DNA from: an uncultured Acidobacteriota bacterium
GTDB taxonomy: Bacteria; Acidobacteriota; UBA6911
Length of the DNA stretch: 64,000 nucleotides
NCBI GenBank assembly: GCA_963827655.1
Contig: CAWHCF010000031.1
Location: 152,845 to 216,844 of the forward strand
Direction of reading: 5' to 3'
Below, piece after piece: positions 1-10,510 of this stretch; the first letter of the stretch is position 1; each line of letters opens with the position of its first letter. The notes below the pieces were generated by a model. It had not been told where the DNA came from. It did not search any database and saw only the letters and a program-made list of their open reading frames with translations. The translations under genes were made by a program, and so were the position numbers.

Positions 1-322
1 AGGGTGTGACGGCGTCGTGCTGGAATCCAATCACGATATCAATATGCTGAAGGTTGGCCCTTATCCGTGGTCTCTCAAGCAGCGAGTTCTCAGCAGACGC
101 GGTCACCTTTCGAACGACTCCGTGGCCAGCTTTCTCGCCAGTGGGTTTGACGGGAGGGCACGACACGTGGTTCTGGCCCATTTGAGCCAGAGTAACAATC
201 TTCCGGAACTGGCCTCTTTGTCGGCTCAAAAGGCACTGGAGGAACGATCCACTCTCCTGCGTTGCCAGACAAGTCTGGAACTCGCGAGCGCGAACCAGAT
301 CAGTGCTACCTACTGTTACTAG
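1..322 (+). CDS. MBL-fold metallo-hydrolase, YycJ/WalJ-like (5' truncated by window edge)
   Basis: ESNHD, GHLSN and LAHLS..NN motifs typical of the YycJ C-terminal half. Confidence 0.8.
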   Translation, partial: GCDGVVLESNHDINMLKVGPYPWSLKQRVLSRRGHLSNDSVASFLASGFDGRARHVVLAHLSQSNNLPELASLSAQKALEERSTLLRCQTSLELASANQISATYCY

Positions 323-604
323 CCTGTCTTACGAGAAAATCTTCAGCGCTTCTTGGCGGTTAGTCATCAGTTTAGCCCTGGGAAAATCTGTAACCGGATT
401 GAGAACTGTGAGAAACCGTGCCACGGCCATGCTCCCGTCGGTTTGCGTCAACCGATCCGCTGCCTGAGGATTACTCTTGGAATGGCAAGTCGGACGGGCC
501 CGTGCCCCAGGGACCAGAGATTGGCGCGAGAGTCGGTGGTCAATCATGAACCGGTTTCTGTTAGCTAAGCACGCTGAGGATCGCGCCCCTTCGGGCTGCG
601 GCCC

Positions 605-710
605 GCAGGCCCGCTGGCTTTGTTGCTCGCTCCGCACCGGGTACGCATCGTCGCTCGCGCCTCGCCAGCCGGCCTGCAGCAGAATGCGAACTTATTTCTG
701 CGCGAACCCT
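605..710. repeat. Intergenic palindromic element
   Basis: GCAGGCCCGCTGGC (605-618) pairs with GCCAGCCGGCCTGC (664-677); the end TTATTTCTGCGCGAACCCT resembles ends of the MITE-like elements at 17652 and 45610. Confidence 0.45.
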
Positions 711-741
711 GGGAGACAGTGACTGGAGGATCTCAAATCAG

Positions 742-2034
742 ATGATCGAGCGCTACCTTCCTGCCGATTTGGCAGGGATATGGTCCGAAGAAAACAAGTT
801 TCGCGCGTGGCTGCGCGTAGAACTTGAGGTGTGTCAGGTCCTGGCGGAAAGAGGCTGGATTCCGTCGCAATCCATGGAGATGATCCGCAGGAAGGCGAAC
901 TTCTCGCTAGCCAGAATCCGTGAAATCGAAAATGTCACTCATCACGACCTGATCGCGTTTACCACCAGCGTAGCGGAGCACGTCGGTCCCGATTCCCGCT
1001 ACATCCATTGGGGACTTACCTCCACAGACGTGGTCGATACTGCCCAGGCGTTGCAGTTGCGAGATGTGAATGATCGGATCCTTGCCGCGATCGACGGGTT
1101 TCTCGAAGCCGTGAAAAGGCAGGCGCAGGAGCATCGCAAGACCCTGATGATGGGTCGAACCCACGGAGTTCACGCCGAGGTAACGACTTTTGGCTTGAAG
1201 CTGGCGGTCTGGTATGACGAGATGCGCCGCAACCGGGAGCGAATGACGCGTGCCGCCGAGATCATGCGCGTAGGCAAGATCTCCGGCGCTGTGGGAACGT
1301 TTGCCCATCTCGATCCTGAATTGGAAGTCGAGGTGTGCCGGAGACTGGGTCTGGAGGCAGCCCGTATTTCAACCCAGACACTTCAGCGCGACCGTCATTC
1401 AGAGTATGTGGCGACGCTTGCGATCATTGGGGCTTCGCTGGAAAAGTTCGCTACTGAAATCAGGCACCTTCAGCGGACCGAAGTGCGAGAAGTAGAGGAA
1501 CCCTTTGCCTCGGGACAGAAGGGCTCTTCGGCCATGCCTCACAAACGCAACCCGGTGAAATCGGAACAGGTCTGCGGACTGGCTCGCCTCCTGCGCGGGT
1601 ATGCCGTTACCGCGCTGGAAAATGGCGCGCTCTGGCACGAGCGCGATATTTCACACTCTTCGGCCGAGCGGGTAATACTTCCCGACGCTACGGCGGTTCT
1701 CTGCTACATGCTCCGTTTGATGACCCGGATCGTCACCGGCCTGGCTGTCTATCCCGAGCGCATGCTGAAGAATATGGAATTAACCCGTGGACTGGCCTAT
1801 TCGGGGCAACTCCTGCTCGACTTGACTCGGAAGGGAGTCGCCAGGGAAGATGCCTACCAGTGGGTCCAACGCTGTTCGATGAAGGTTTGGGATCAGGACA
1901 AGGATTTTCTGCAGGTCCTGCAGGAGGATCCCGACATCACCAAAGTGCTCTCCATCGAGGATCTCCGCTCGGTGGTCAATCCCGAATTGCAGCTGCGCAA
2001 TGTCGACAAGATCTTCCACCGGGTCTTCGGTTGA
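742..2034 (+). CDS. purB: Adenylosuccinate lyase
   Basis: MIERY start, GRTHGVHAE, signature GSSAMPHKRNP, ERDISHSS; GGAGG RBS. Confidence 0.97.
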   Translation: MIERYLPADLAGIWSEENKFRAWLRVELEVCQVLAERGWIPSQSMEMIRRKANFSLARIREIENVTHHDLIAFTTSVAEHVGPDSRYIHWGLTSTDVVDTAQALQLRDVNDRILAAIDGFLEAVKRQAQEHRKTLMMGRTHGVHAEVTTFGLKLAVWYDEMRRNRERMTRAAEIMRVGKISGAVGTFAHLDPELEVEVCRRLGLEAARISTQTLQRDRHSEYVATLAIIGASLEKFATEIRHLQRTEVREVEEPFASGQKGSSAMPHKRNPVKSEQVCGLARLLRGYAVTALENGALWHERDISHSSAERVILPDATAVLCYMLRLMTRIVTGLAVYPERMLKNMELTRGLAYSGQLLLDLTRKGVAREDAYQWVQRCSMKVWDQDKDFLQVLQEDPDITKVLSIEDLRSVVNPELQLRNVDKIFHRVFG

Positions 2035-2113
2035 TTTGCGATCGCTCGATTAACGATAAGCATGCGAAGACGCAACCCACTACTGCTCGAAGCGCCTGGG
2101 CGGGAACTTTGGC

Positions 2114-2142
2114 TTGCATTTTCACCCAACGATTTCTATCAT
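2114..2142 (+). promoter_or_regulatory. Sigma70 promoter of the rpmH operon
   Basis: TTGCAT-N17-TATCAT, 33 nt upstream of the rpmH ATG. Confidence 0.65.
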
Positions 2143-2175
2143 TAATGGCTTTTGTCAACCGCCGGGGGACTTGCG

Positions 2176-2316
2176 ATGAAGAGAACCTTTCAACCCAACA
2201 ACAGCAAGCGGAAGAAGACCCACGGGTTTCGCTCGAGGATGGCGACGAAAGGGGGAAGGCTGGTTTTGAAGCGCCGGCGAGCCAAGGGTCGAACAAGGCT
2301 GACCGTGAGTGGTTAG
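2176..2316 (+). CDS. rpmH: 50S ribosomal protein L34 (absent from the ORF track)
   Basis: Manual translation [46 protein letters not shown]; directly upstream of rnpA. Confidence 0.97.
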   Translation: MKRTFQPNNSKRKKTHGFRSRMATKGGRLVLKRRRAKGRTRLTVSG

Positions 2317-2662
2317 GAAACCCCAGGAGGGATTCCCCTGGCGCTACAGGATTGTTCGTGCCTCGGACTACCAATCCATTTACGGCACAGGTCAGAAGGT
2401 GCATGCCGAGAGATTCGTTCTCTACGGACGCGAGAATAGTCTGGATCATTCGCGCTTGGGAATGACGGTTTCCCGAAGGGTTGGCAAAGCAGTGGTTCGA
2501 AATCGCGTAAAGCGCCTGCTTCGGGAGATCTTCCGAAAATCCGCTGACGACTTTCCAAATCATTTCGACTTCGTCGTGAATGCGAAGCGTGGCTGTGCGA
2601 CGGCTAATTATCGCGCTCTGCGCGCGGAGTTGCTGGACGCGATTCGCAAGCTATTGCGATGA
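2309..2662 (+). CDS. rnpA: Ribonuclease P protein component
   Basis: [25 protein letters not shown] (RNR motif); synteny. Confidence 0.95.
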   Translation: MVRKPQEGFPWRYRIVRASDYQSIYGTGQKVHAERFVLYGRENSLDHSRLGMTVSRRVGKAVVRNRVKRLLREIFRKSADDFPNHFDFVVNAKRGCATANYRALRAELLDAIRKLLR

Positions 2663-2733
2663 AAGAATCTGCATGCCGAAACGATTCGAACCTGTCTCTG
2701 CACGAAACGCTTGGTGCCAGGTCATGTTCGGCG

Positions 2734-2943
2734 ATGAAAAGCATCATTCTTCTTATGCTGCATGGATACAAGCGTTACATATCTCCCTGGCTTCCCCGTT
2801 CTTGCCGATTCGAGCCTACCTGTTCAGAGTACATGTACCAGGCCGTCGAAAGGAGAGGAGTCCCGAAGGGAATTCTTCTGGGTGTGAAGCGCCTGTTGAG
2901 GTGCCATCCCTTCTGTCAGGGCGGTTTTGATCCTGTGCCATAA
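2734..2943 (+). CDS. yidD: Membrane protein insertion efficiency factor YidD
   Basis: YKRYISP..CRFEPTCSEY..RLLRCHPFCQGGFDPVP. Confidence 0.95.
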   Translation: MKSIILLMLHGYKRYISPWLPRSCRFEPTCSEYMYQAVERRGVPKGILLGVKRLLRCHPFCQGGFDPVP

Positions 2944-2962
2944 ACGTGTCTTAAGTTGATCT

Positions 2963-4653
2963 ATGGAAAAAAAGGCCCTGATAGCCATAGCGTTATCGAT
3001 TCTTGTCCTTCTGGTTTTCGGATACTTTAACGAACGCCGGTCGGCCGAACGAAGCACGTCGGCGCCCCCCTGTGGCGAAGCCTGCCTCGACCACCCCGCC
3101 TGCCGAAATTCAGCCTCTTCCTGCGAGTCCTCCAGCCGCAGAGAAACCCGATCAAGCGGTAGTCGTGAGTCCGGAGGACACTGTCGCTACGGAACAGTCG
3201 ATAGTTATAGACGGACCCTTGTATCGTGCGGTCGTGGCTAACCGCGGAGGGTTTCTGACAAGCTGGAAGCTAAAGAAGCATAAGGACGATCAAGGGAAAG
3301 ATTTTGAGATGGTGGCCGCGAGCCACAACCCTGAGTCGCGACCCTATCCCGGAGCTTTGGTTCTGGCCGATGCAACACTGAATTGGTTGGCCAACGGCGA
3401 ATTGTACGAGCCTGCTATTGAGAACAGCGAAGGAAGCGGCACGGACCTCATCCCTCCCGCAACCGTGCGCCTGCGACTGCGGCGCGGGGACCTGGTGATC
3501 GAGAAAAGCTACCAGTTTCATCGGGATAACTATCTGGTCGATTTTCAAGTGTCAATCCGGAAAGACTCGAAGCCAGTGGCGGCACGTGCACTGCTGGGCC
3601 AGGACATCGGACCTGAGCGCGAGCACCTGATAGATCCGTCATTGCAACTACGGGCGATTTATAACCAGGGCGGAAAAATTAATCGGGATGGTCCGCCGGA
3701 AGAGCCGAATCAAGTCAGAAGGATCGAAGGAGATGTGCGTTGGGTTGGCTTGGATATGCATTACTTCTGCATCATAGCCATTCCTCATCGGCCGCTCGCG
3801 GCTTTTGAGTTGCAGAAGAAGCCCGTCAAGACCACGGGCCTGGACGGAAAGGAGATCGCGCGAGATTTATTGCCGCTGACAATTCCCATCGAGGACCGCC
3901 TCGCCTTGAAGATGTTTGTCGGACCCAAGGAACAGGATCGCCTGAATGCGGTTAAAGATGCCGATCTCTCGGAAGTAATCGATTTCGGCATGTTCTCGAT
4001 TCCTGGTCCGCCCGCTGTTGTTTTCGTTGAAATGGATCGTGCGGTACGTACACAACTACGGGTGGGCGATCATTCTCCTGACACTTCTGCTGACGCTCCT
4101 CTTGTTTCCCTTCCGCCTCAAACAAATGGTTTCGATGAAGAAAATGGCCGTCGTCCAGCCCAAGGTGAAGGAAATCCAGGAGAAATATAGAAAATATAAG
4201 AAGACAGACCCCCGCAGGGCGCAAATGAACCAGGAGGTCATGGCGCTCTACAAGGAACACAATGTGAATCCCCTGGGTGGCTGCCTGCCGCTATTGCTTC
4301 AGATGCCTCTGCTGTTTGCGTTTTACCAGCTTCTAGCCTCTTCAATAGAGCTTCGGCACGCGCCCTATATGGCGTGGATCCGAGACCTTTCGGCAAAGGA
4401 CCCCTACTATGTATTGCCGATTGTCATGGGGATCACGATGTTAATCTCCCAGAAAATGACACCGATGGCGCCTGGCGCCGATCCAATGCAGACACGAATG
4501 ATGATGATGATGCCGGTGGTTTTCACTTTCATGTTTCTGAATGTGTCCAGCGGCTTGAACCTCTATTTTCTGTGCAGTAATATCTTTCAAGTCGGCTTCC
4601 AAAAAGTTGCAGAAAGGTGGATTAATGACGGAAAGCCAGCCTCAAAAGGATGA
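2963..4653 (+). CDS. yidC: Membrane protein insertase YidC, split by two apparent +1 indels (C6 run at 3065-3070 and ~4000)
   Basis: N-terminal TM segment, periplasmic domain ending FVGPK..IDFGMF, then NYGWAII and NPLGGCLPLLLQMP in a third frame; removing one base at each site restores a single ORF. Confidence 0.92.
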
Positions 4654-5119
4654 TTCCGCGCCATCTCCGGGCGAATTTCAGCAGACGGTGGCGCAGTTTT
4701 GCGAAGGCCTGGTGCGATGCGTCAAGCTGGAGCTAACCGTGACCGCTTCGGAATCGGACGGAATTGTATCGATAAACTTCTCCGGTCCGGATCGTTCGGT
4801 GCTGCTTTCAAACGCCGCATCGTTGCTGAATAGCCTGGAGTATTTACTCAACCGGGTCTTCCGAACGGGGCGCGAGTCGAGAATCTCCTCGATCGTTCTG
4901 GATTCCGAAAGCTACAGGCAGCATCGCGAGGCTGAGTTGGTTCTCCTGGCGCAAATGGCTTCGCAGAAGGTCGTTTCCCAGCAAAAGCCTCTGAGCCTGC
5001 AGCCCATGACCCCGAGAGAGCGCCGGATTGTTCATCTCGCCCTCGCCATGATCCAAGGCGTCCGTTCTCAGAGCGAAGGCGACGGAGAGAGCCGCAGCAT
5101 CACGATATATCCCTCTTGA
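4625..5119 (+). CDS. jag: Jag/KhpB (EloR) RNA-binding protein, KH + R3H domains only
   Basis: PMTPRERRIVH R3H motif, SEGDGESR; lies between yidC and mnmE. Confidence 0.85.
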   Translation: MTESQPQKDDSAPSPGEFQQTVAQFCEGLVRCVKLELTVTASESDGIVSINFSGPDRSVLLSNAASLLNSLEYLLNRVFRTGRESRISSIVLDSESYRQHREAELVLLAQMASQKVVSQQKPLSLQPMTPRERRIVHLALAMIQGVRSQSEGDGESRSITIYPS

Positions 5120-5238
5120 TTCGCGTCTCAACGCTGGCTCGCGATCCACCGCCAGGACGCCAAGACCATAAAATGGGAGCATAAGGTCTCAGGCCCGGCG
5201 TCAATCGGCCATCTACGCTCCTCGATCCACATTCGGAT

Positions 5239-6624
5239 ATGGGTGACCTGGATGACACAATCTGCGCCCTTTCCAGCGCTCCTGGCCGTGCGGGTATCGC
5301 TGTGGTCCGCATCAGCGGTCACGCAGCCTTTGGAATAGTTCAAAAGGTTTTTTCCCCCAGAGAGTCTGGTGGCGGTTTCCTGCGGCCGCGACAAGCGGTA
5401 TTGGGGAAGATTCATCACCCCGAATCAGGAGCCGAACTCGATCAGGCGCTGGTAACCTGCTTTCCTGCTCCTCATTCCTACACGGGCGAAGATGTAGCGG
5501 AAGTTTCCGTGCACGGCAGCCCGGTCATCGTCTCAACTCTTCTCGATTTCCTTTGCCAGTCAGGCGCGCGGCTGGCAGATCCAGGGGAGTTTACCCTGAG
5601 GGCTTTCCTGCACGGGCGGATAGACCTTGCCCAGGCCGAGGCCGTGCGCGATGTGATCGAGGCGAAAACCCTGTACCAGGTCCAGGTCGCATCCCGGCAA
5701 CGCGAGGGTGAACTCTCTCGTCGGCTGGATCCGCTCAAGAAGCTGATAATTGATATTGTGGTTCAACTCGAGTCAGCGGTCGAGTTTGTGGAAGAAGATC
5801 TTCCGTTGGAATCGCGCGAAAACGTTGCCGCAAAGCTTGACCAGGCGGGTCTCGACCTGAACAAGTGGATTCGCTCCTTCCGTCGAGGGCGGCTGATCAG
5901 AGATGGATTCAGCATGGCGATTGTCGGTCGACCCAATGTGGGTAAAAGCAGCCTCTTCAACGCGCTTCTGGCCCAGGAGCGCTCAATCGTCACGGAAATT
6001 CCGGGTACAACCCGCGATCTTGTTTCCGAATTCACCAGTCTGGAGGGTATACCGGTTCGTCTGCTTGACACCGCCGGTGTTCGAGCCTCAGCGGATAAGG
6101 TCGAGCAGCTCGGGGTCGATCGGAGCTTCCAGGTGATGGCGGACGCTGATTCGCTTCTGCTGGTCGTCGATACCAGCGAACCGCCTGCTGAGGAAGACTG
6201 GGAATTGAGAGAGCGACTGAAGGGCGTATCGGGCATTGCGGTGATGAACAAGTCAGACGTGCCGTGTCGCTGGTTGCCGGAGGAGAAAGAACGATACGCC
6301 GGCAACTGGGCCTGCGCGGAAGTCTCGGCAAAGACTGGAGCGGCGATTGAGAAATTGCAGAGGGCCATATTGCAGCATCTGTTTGGGGACGAGGGTCCGG
6401 ATCGTGACGGCATCCTGGTGACGAATCTCAGGCACTGCCACTGCCTGGAGGGAGCGCAAGAGGCACTCTCGAAAGCCGCGCGCGGGCTCCGTGACGGACT
6501 TTCCGAAGAGTTTGCACTCGTGGACCTGCACGCGGCGCTCCGGGTACTGGGCGAGATCACCGGTGAGACGACAGTGGAGGAGCTCCTGGGCGAGATCTTT
6601 TCGCGTTTCTGCATCGGCAAGTGA
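5239..6624 (+). CDS. mnmE: tRNA modification GTPase MnmE
   Basis: GRPNVGKSS, GTTRD, DTAG, NKSD, C-terminal FCIGK. Confidence 0.97.
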   Translation: MGDLDDTICALSSAPGRAGIAVVRISGHAAFGIVQKVFSPRESGGGFLRPRQAVLGKIHHPESGAELDQALVTCFPAPHSYTGEDVAEVSVHGSPVIVSTLLDFLCQSGARLADPGEFTLRAFLHGRIDLAQAEAVRDVIEAKTLYQVQVASRQREGELSRRLDPLKKLIIDIVVQLESAVEFVEEDLPLESRENVAAKLDQAGLDLNKWIRSFRRGRLIRDGFSMAIVGRPNVGKSSLFNALLAQERSIVTEIPGTTRDLVSEFTSLEGIPVRLLDTAGVRASADKVEQLGVDRSFQVMADADSLLLVVDTSEPPAEEDWELRERLKGVSGIAVMNKSDVPCRWLPEEKERYAGNWACAEVSAKTGAAIEKLQRAILQHLFGDEGPDRDGILVTNLRHCHCLEGAQEALSKAARGLRDGLSEEFALVDLHAALRVLGEITGETTVEELLGEIFSRFCIGK

Positions 6625-6754
6625 GAACCGTTCGCATTGCTTTGGAAGGTTTTTGGGGTTCCCGGCCCGTTCCCTGGAAGCGCAATTGAATCGCGGTCTC
6701 CAGGAAGGAATCTGTTAGAATGGCCCTTCTTCTTTTCCCCGGAAAGGCAGCGAC

Positions 6755-8650
6755 GTGAGCGAGTTTCAAGAGTCCTTTGATGTGGTAGTGGTCGGGGGGG
6801 GCCATGCCGGCTGTGAAGCCGCCATGGCAGCGGCCCGGATAGGGGCGAAGACCGCCCTATTCACGCTCAACCTCGACCTCATCGCCCAGATGTCGTGCAA
6901 CCCCGCGATTGGAGGGATTGCCAAGGGGCACCTCGTGCGCGAGATCGATGCGCTGGGCGGCATCATGGCGGAGGTGGCGGACCGGACTGGAATCCAGTTT
7001 CGACTCCTCAACAGCAGTCGCGGACCCGCCGTCCAATCCCCGCGGTGCCAGTCTGATAAGTCTAAATATCGCAATGAGATGCGGAAGTTTCTGGAATGCC
7101 AGCCCAACCTCTCCCTGATACAGTCTGAAGTCGTCAGTCTGAACCTGGAGCGAGGCCGGGTAAACGGTCTCGAAGTCCTCGATGGACGCCGGATAAGGTC
7201 GGGGGCGGTTGTGATCACAACCGGTACGTTCCTGAACGGGTTGATTCACGTAGGCGGGCGTCGCTACGCCGCCGGTCGAACCGGCGAGTCGCCGTCGATC
7301 ATGCTGGCTCAGTACTTAAAGGAGATCGGCTTCTCTGTAGGACGATTGAAGACGGGAACGCCGCCTCGGCTGGATGGCCGGACCATTGACTATTCTCAGT
7401 TTGAGGAACAGGCGGGTGATCCCAACCCCACATTCTTTTCCTTTCGGTCCAAGCGCTTGACCTTGCCTCAAGTGTCATGCCACATCGGTTACACGAACCA
7501 TAGGCTCCATAAGTTATTGCAAGATAACATGAAACAGTCTCCGCTCTACTCCGGAGAGATTGTCGGCATCGGACCGCGCTACTGCCCCAGTATCGAAGAT
7601 AAAGTAGTAAAGTTTGCCGACAAGGAGCGCCACCAGGTCTTTCTGGAGCCCGAGGGCCTGGACACGCACGAAGTTTATCTCAACGGTCTCTCAACCAGCA
7701 TGCCGGCTGAGGTGCAGCAAGAAATGGTTCACTCGATCCCTGGATTGGACGGCGCCCGCATGATCCGTCCTGGCTATGCGATCGAGTACGATTTTGTCGC
7801 GCCTACAGAGCTGTATGCCAGTCTGGAGACCAAGCGGGTTGAAGGGCTTTTTCACGCTGGTCAGATCAACGGCACAACGGGGTATGAGGAAGCCGCGGCG
7901 CAGGGAATTGTAGCTGGGATCAATGCGGCGCTGAAGGCCCAGGGACGAGAACCGCTGATCTTCCCGCGCCAGGAGAGCTATATCGGGATACTCGTCGATG
8001 ATCTGGTTACGCGAGGAGTCGACGAGCCGTACCGCATGTTTACCTCACGTTCGGAGTTTCGACTTCTCCTGAGGATCGACAACGCCGATCGCAGACTGAC
8101 TCCGTGCGGGCATCGGCTGGGACTGATTGCCGATGCCGACTACGCTCGATTTCGGATCAAGTATGAGGAGGCCGATCGTCTGCGGCAATTTCTGAGAGAA
8201 CACCGCTGGAACTCTGCGGAAGCGTCGGATTCGCGGCTGAGCCAGCGGGGCGACGTGGCTGATTTCCGGGGGCTTACGCTGGAACAGCTGCTCCGGCGCC
8301 CGGAGATCGAGTTGCAGGATTTCGAGCCGGTTCTGAGGATTCATGATCTTTGGTTTGCGCCGGAGATCCGGCGGGCTGTCGAGATCGACGTGCGCTATGA
8401 GGGATATGTTCAACAGCAAAGCCGGGATGCAGAAAGGCTGACGAAGCTCAGTTCCCGCCAGATTCCGCTGGATCTCGACTATTCCGGCATCGCCGGGCTG
8501 AGTCGCGAGATACGCGAAAAACTGACGAAAGTACGTCCCAAAGATCTTGCGATGGCCGGACGGATTCCCGGCGTGACACCCGCAGCCGTTTCCATCCTTA
8601 GTATTCAACTGGAACTCAGGAATGCGCGTTCGCGCCAACGCGTGTCTTGA
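6755..8650 (+). CDS. mnmG: tRNA uridine-5-carboxymethylaminomethyl modification enzyme MnmG (GidA)
   Basis: [42 protein letters not shown]. Confidence 0.97.
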   Translation: MSEFQESFDVVVVGGGHAGCEAAMAAARIGAKTALFTLNLDLIAQMSCNPAIGGIAKGHLVREIDALGGIMAEVADRTGIQFRLLNSSRGPAVQSPRCQSDKSKYRNEMRKFLECQPNLSLIQSEVVSLNLERGRVNGLEVLDGRRIRSGAVVITTGTFLNGLIHVGGRRYAAGRTGESPSIMLAQYLKEIGFSVGRLKTGTPPRLDGRTIDYSQFEEQAGDPNPTFFSFRSKRLTLPQVSCHIGYTNHRLHKLLQDNMKQSPLYSGEIVGIGPRYCPSIEDKVVKFADKERHQVFLEPEGLDTHEVYLNGLSTSMPAEVQQEMVHSIPGLDGARMIRPGYAIEYDFVAPTELYASLETKRVEGLFHAGQINGTTGYEEAAAQGIVAGINAALKAQGREPLIFPRQESYIGILVDDLVTRGVDEPYRMFTSRSEFRLLLRIDNADRRLTPCGHRLGLIADADYARFRIKYEEADRLRQFLREHRWNSAEASDSRLSQRGDVADFRGLTLEQLLRRPEIELQDFEPVLRIHDLWFAPEIRRAVEIDVRYEGYVQQQSRDAERLTKLSSRQIPLDLDYSGIAGLSREIREKLTKVRPKDLAMAGRIPGVTPAAVSILSIQLELRNARSRQRVS

Positions 8651-8820
8651 CCTGGCCTGATCACGCCTCATAGCGAGCGATGTCAAACGCCGGAAGCGAT
8701 AGATTGGCGGGCACTTGCGGCTCTAGTCGCGAACTGGGTGCCCGCTTCACGGCTCGCTCCGCGGAAAGAGGTTGATCAAACGACGGCTTTTGCCGGCGGC
8801 AGATGATCCGAACCCGGCTG

Positions 8821-9438
8821 ATGGAACCCTCCCTTGAAGAATTGCTGACCCGGTATCATTTATTCCCGCAGGAAGCGCTCGTCGCGCGGTTTTACAAGTA
8901 TCTCGCACTTCTGCAGAAGTGGAACCGACGAATGAATCTGACGGCCTCGACGGACTGGGCGGTGCTTCGTCCCTTCTTTGAAGAGGCAATCTGGGCCTCG
9001 AGCTTTTATCCCGACGGACCCGTCAGGCACTTGGACGTAGGAAGCGGTGCCGGTTTCCCTGCCGTCATCATCCGGATTGTCAAGGAGCGCATGCTTCTCG
9101 ATCTACTGGAGCGCCGATCCAAACGAGCGGTCTTCCTGCAAACGGCAATCCATGAACTCGAACTGACGGGCTCGACGGTTCACAATCAGGATCTCGCGGC
9201 GTTCTTGCGACTGTGCGCCGGGGGCGAAATGTGGGACATCGTGTCCTCCAAGGGCGTGCGATGGCGCGAAACTGAGCTTGTTCTTCTGGGCGGGATGGCC
9301 CGTCAGCTATGGCTCTTTCATGGAAGAGAGTTTCCGGAGGTCAGCCGGCTTGACGGGTTCTCGCTGTACCAGCGGCAGGAGTGCCCATGCCGGTCCTCGT
9401 GGTATTTGTCTATTCTAGGAAGAGCCGACGGGCAATGA
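8821..9438 (+). CDS. rsmG: 16S rRNA m7G527 methyltransferase RsmG (GidB)
   Basis: KWNRRMNLT and DVGSGAGFP SAM motif; between mnmG and parA. Confidence 0.88.
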   Translation: MEPSLEELLTRYHLFPQEALVARFYKYLALLQKWNRRMNLTASTDWAVLRPFFEEAIWASSFYPDGPVRHLDVGSGAGFPAVIIRIVKERMLLDLLERRSKRAVFLQTAIHELELTGSTVHNQDLAAFLRLCAGGEMWDIVSSKGVRWRETELVLLGGMARQLWLFHGREFPEVSRLDGFSLYQRQECPCRSSWYLSILGRADGQ

Positions 9439-9444
9439 GGGGGT

Positions 9445-9460
9445 TGTTTCACGTGAAACA
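9445..9460. promoter_or_regulatory. parS centromere site (perfect consensus)
   Basis: TGTTTCACGTGAAACA upstream of parAB. Confidence 0.95.
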
Positions 9461-9477
9461 GAGCCCGAGTATGAAAT

Positions 9478-9493
9478 GGTTTCACGTGAAACA
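9478..9493. promoter_or_regulatory. Second parS site
   Basis: GGTTTCACGTGAAACA, one mismatch to consensus. Confidence 0.9.
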
Positions 9494-9733
9494 ATCGCGA
9501 GCTCATCGAATCGCAGAAGCAAAGATTGCTCCGTTACAGAGAGAGAATTGCTCTTACGCCATGAATCGCCAGCAAACCTCCTCACGATCCGACCCTTCCA
9601 AAGCCAACAAGATGTAGTTCGGCCTATCAAAAGCGTTCAAAGCGAGACTCGGGAGCTACTTCCAGAGGCAATTAAGGATTTTTGTGGTGCGTTTTACGAC
9701 TTTCCTGTGCTAATCTCTGGGTTAACGACTCCA

Positions 9734-10510
9734 ATGGCCAAAATAATATCCATCACAAACCAGAAAGGGGGTGTGGGTAAGACCACTACTGCCATTAACC
9801 TGGCAGCTGCTTTGGCGATAGCGGAAAAGAGAGTTCTTGTGGTGGACACCGACGCTCAAGCTAACTGCACAAGCGGCCTGGGTTTGCCCAAGGATAATGC
9901 GCGTAAGAGTATTTACCACGCGATGATCTTGAACGAGCCTATAACCGACGTTATCGTTGGCACAGAACTCGAGAATCTCAAGCTTGTTCCTTCGGACCGC
10001 AATCTGACCGGTGCCGCGATCGAGATGATTGAGATGCCAGAGCGCGAGTTTATTTTGAAGAAGCTTCTCTGCTCTATGGATTCGGAATTCGACTATATTC
10101 TCATCGATACTCCTCCTTCGTTGAATCTCTTGACTCTCAATGGGTTGGTGGCGGCCCATTCGGTGCTCATTCCGATCCAATGTGAGTATTTCGCTCTGGA
10201 AGGGATTTCAGACTTGATGGACACGCTGGCTCGGATTCGTCGCGGCTTCAATCCCGATCTTGCCATTCAAGGGATCTTATTGACCATGTTCGACGAACGC
10301 ACCAATCTCAGCAACCAGGTGAGGGAAGATCTCAGAAGTTTCTTCGCGGGACAGTTGCTTGCGACCATCATACCGCGAAATGTTCGGTTGGCCGAAGCCC
10401 CTAGCTTTGGTAAACCTATTGTAATCTATGATATCCGGTCTAAAGGGGCCGAGAGTTATATTGGCTTGGCTGAGGAAATAATGAACCATGAAAAAAAGGG
10501 TCTTGGGTAA
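9734..10510 (+). CDS. parA: Chromosome partitioning ATPase ParA/Soj
   Basis: NQKGGVGKTTT deviant Walker A, DTPPSL, IPRNVRLAEAPSFG. Confidence 0.96.
   Translation: MAKIISITNQKGGVGKTTTAINLAAALAIAEKRVLVVDTDAQANCTSGLGLPKDNARKSIYHAMILNEPITDVIVGTELENLKLVPSDRNLTGAAIEMIEMPEREFILKKLLCSMDSEFDYILIDTPPSLNLLTLNGLVAAHSVLIPIQCEYFALEGISDLMDTLARIRRGFNPDLAIQGILLTMFDERTNLSNQVREDLRSFFAGQLLATIIPRNVRLAEAPSFGKPIVIYDIRSKGAESYIGLAEEIMNHEKKGLG

Noticed and set aside
3060-4010. Programmed frameshifting or phase variation in yidC
   Set aside because: No slippery heptamers or stimulators; similar indels occur throughout the window, so sequencing error is more parsimonious.
9476-9733. 86-aa N-terminal extension of ParA in the ORF track
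   Set aside because: It runs through a parS site and the probable promoter; ParA homology begins at ATG 9734.
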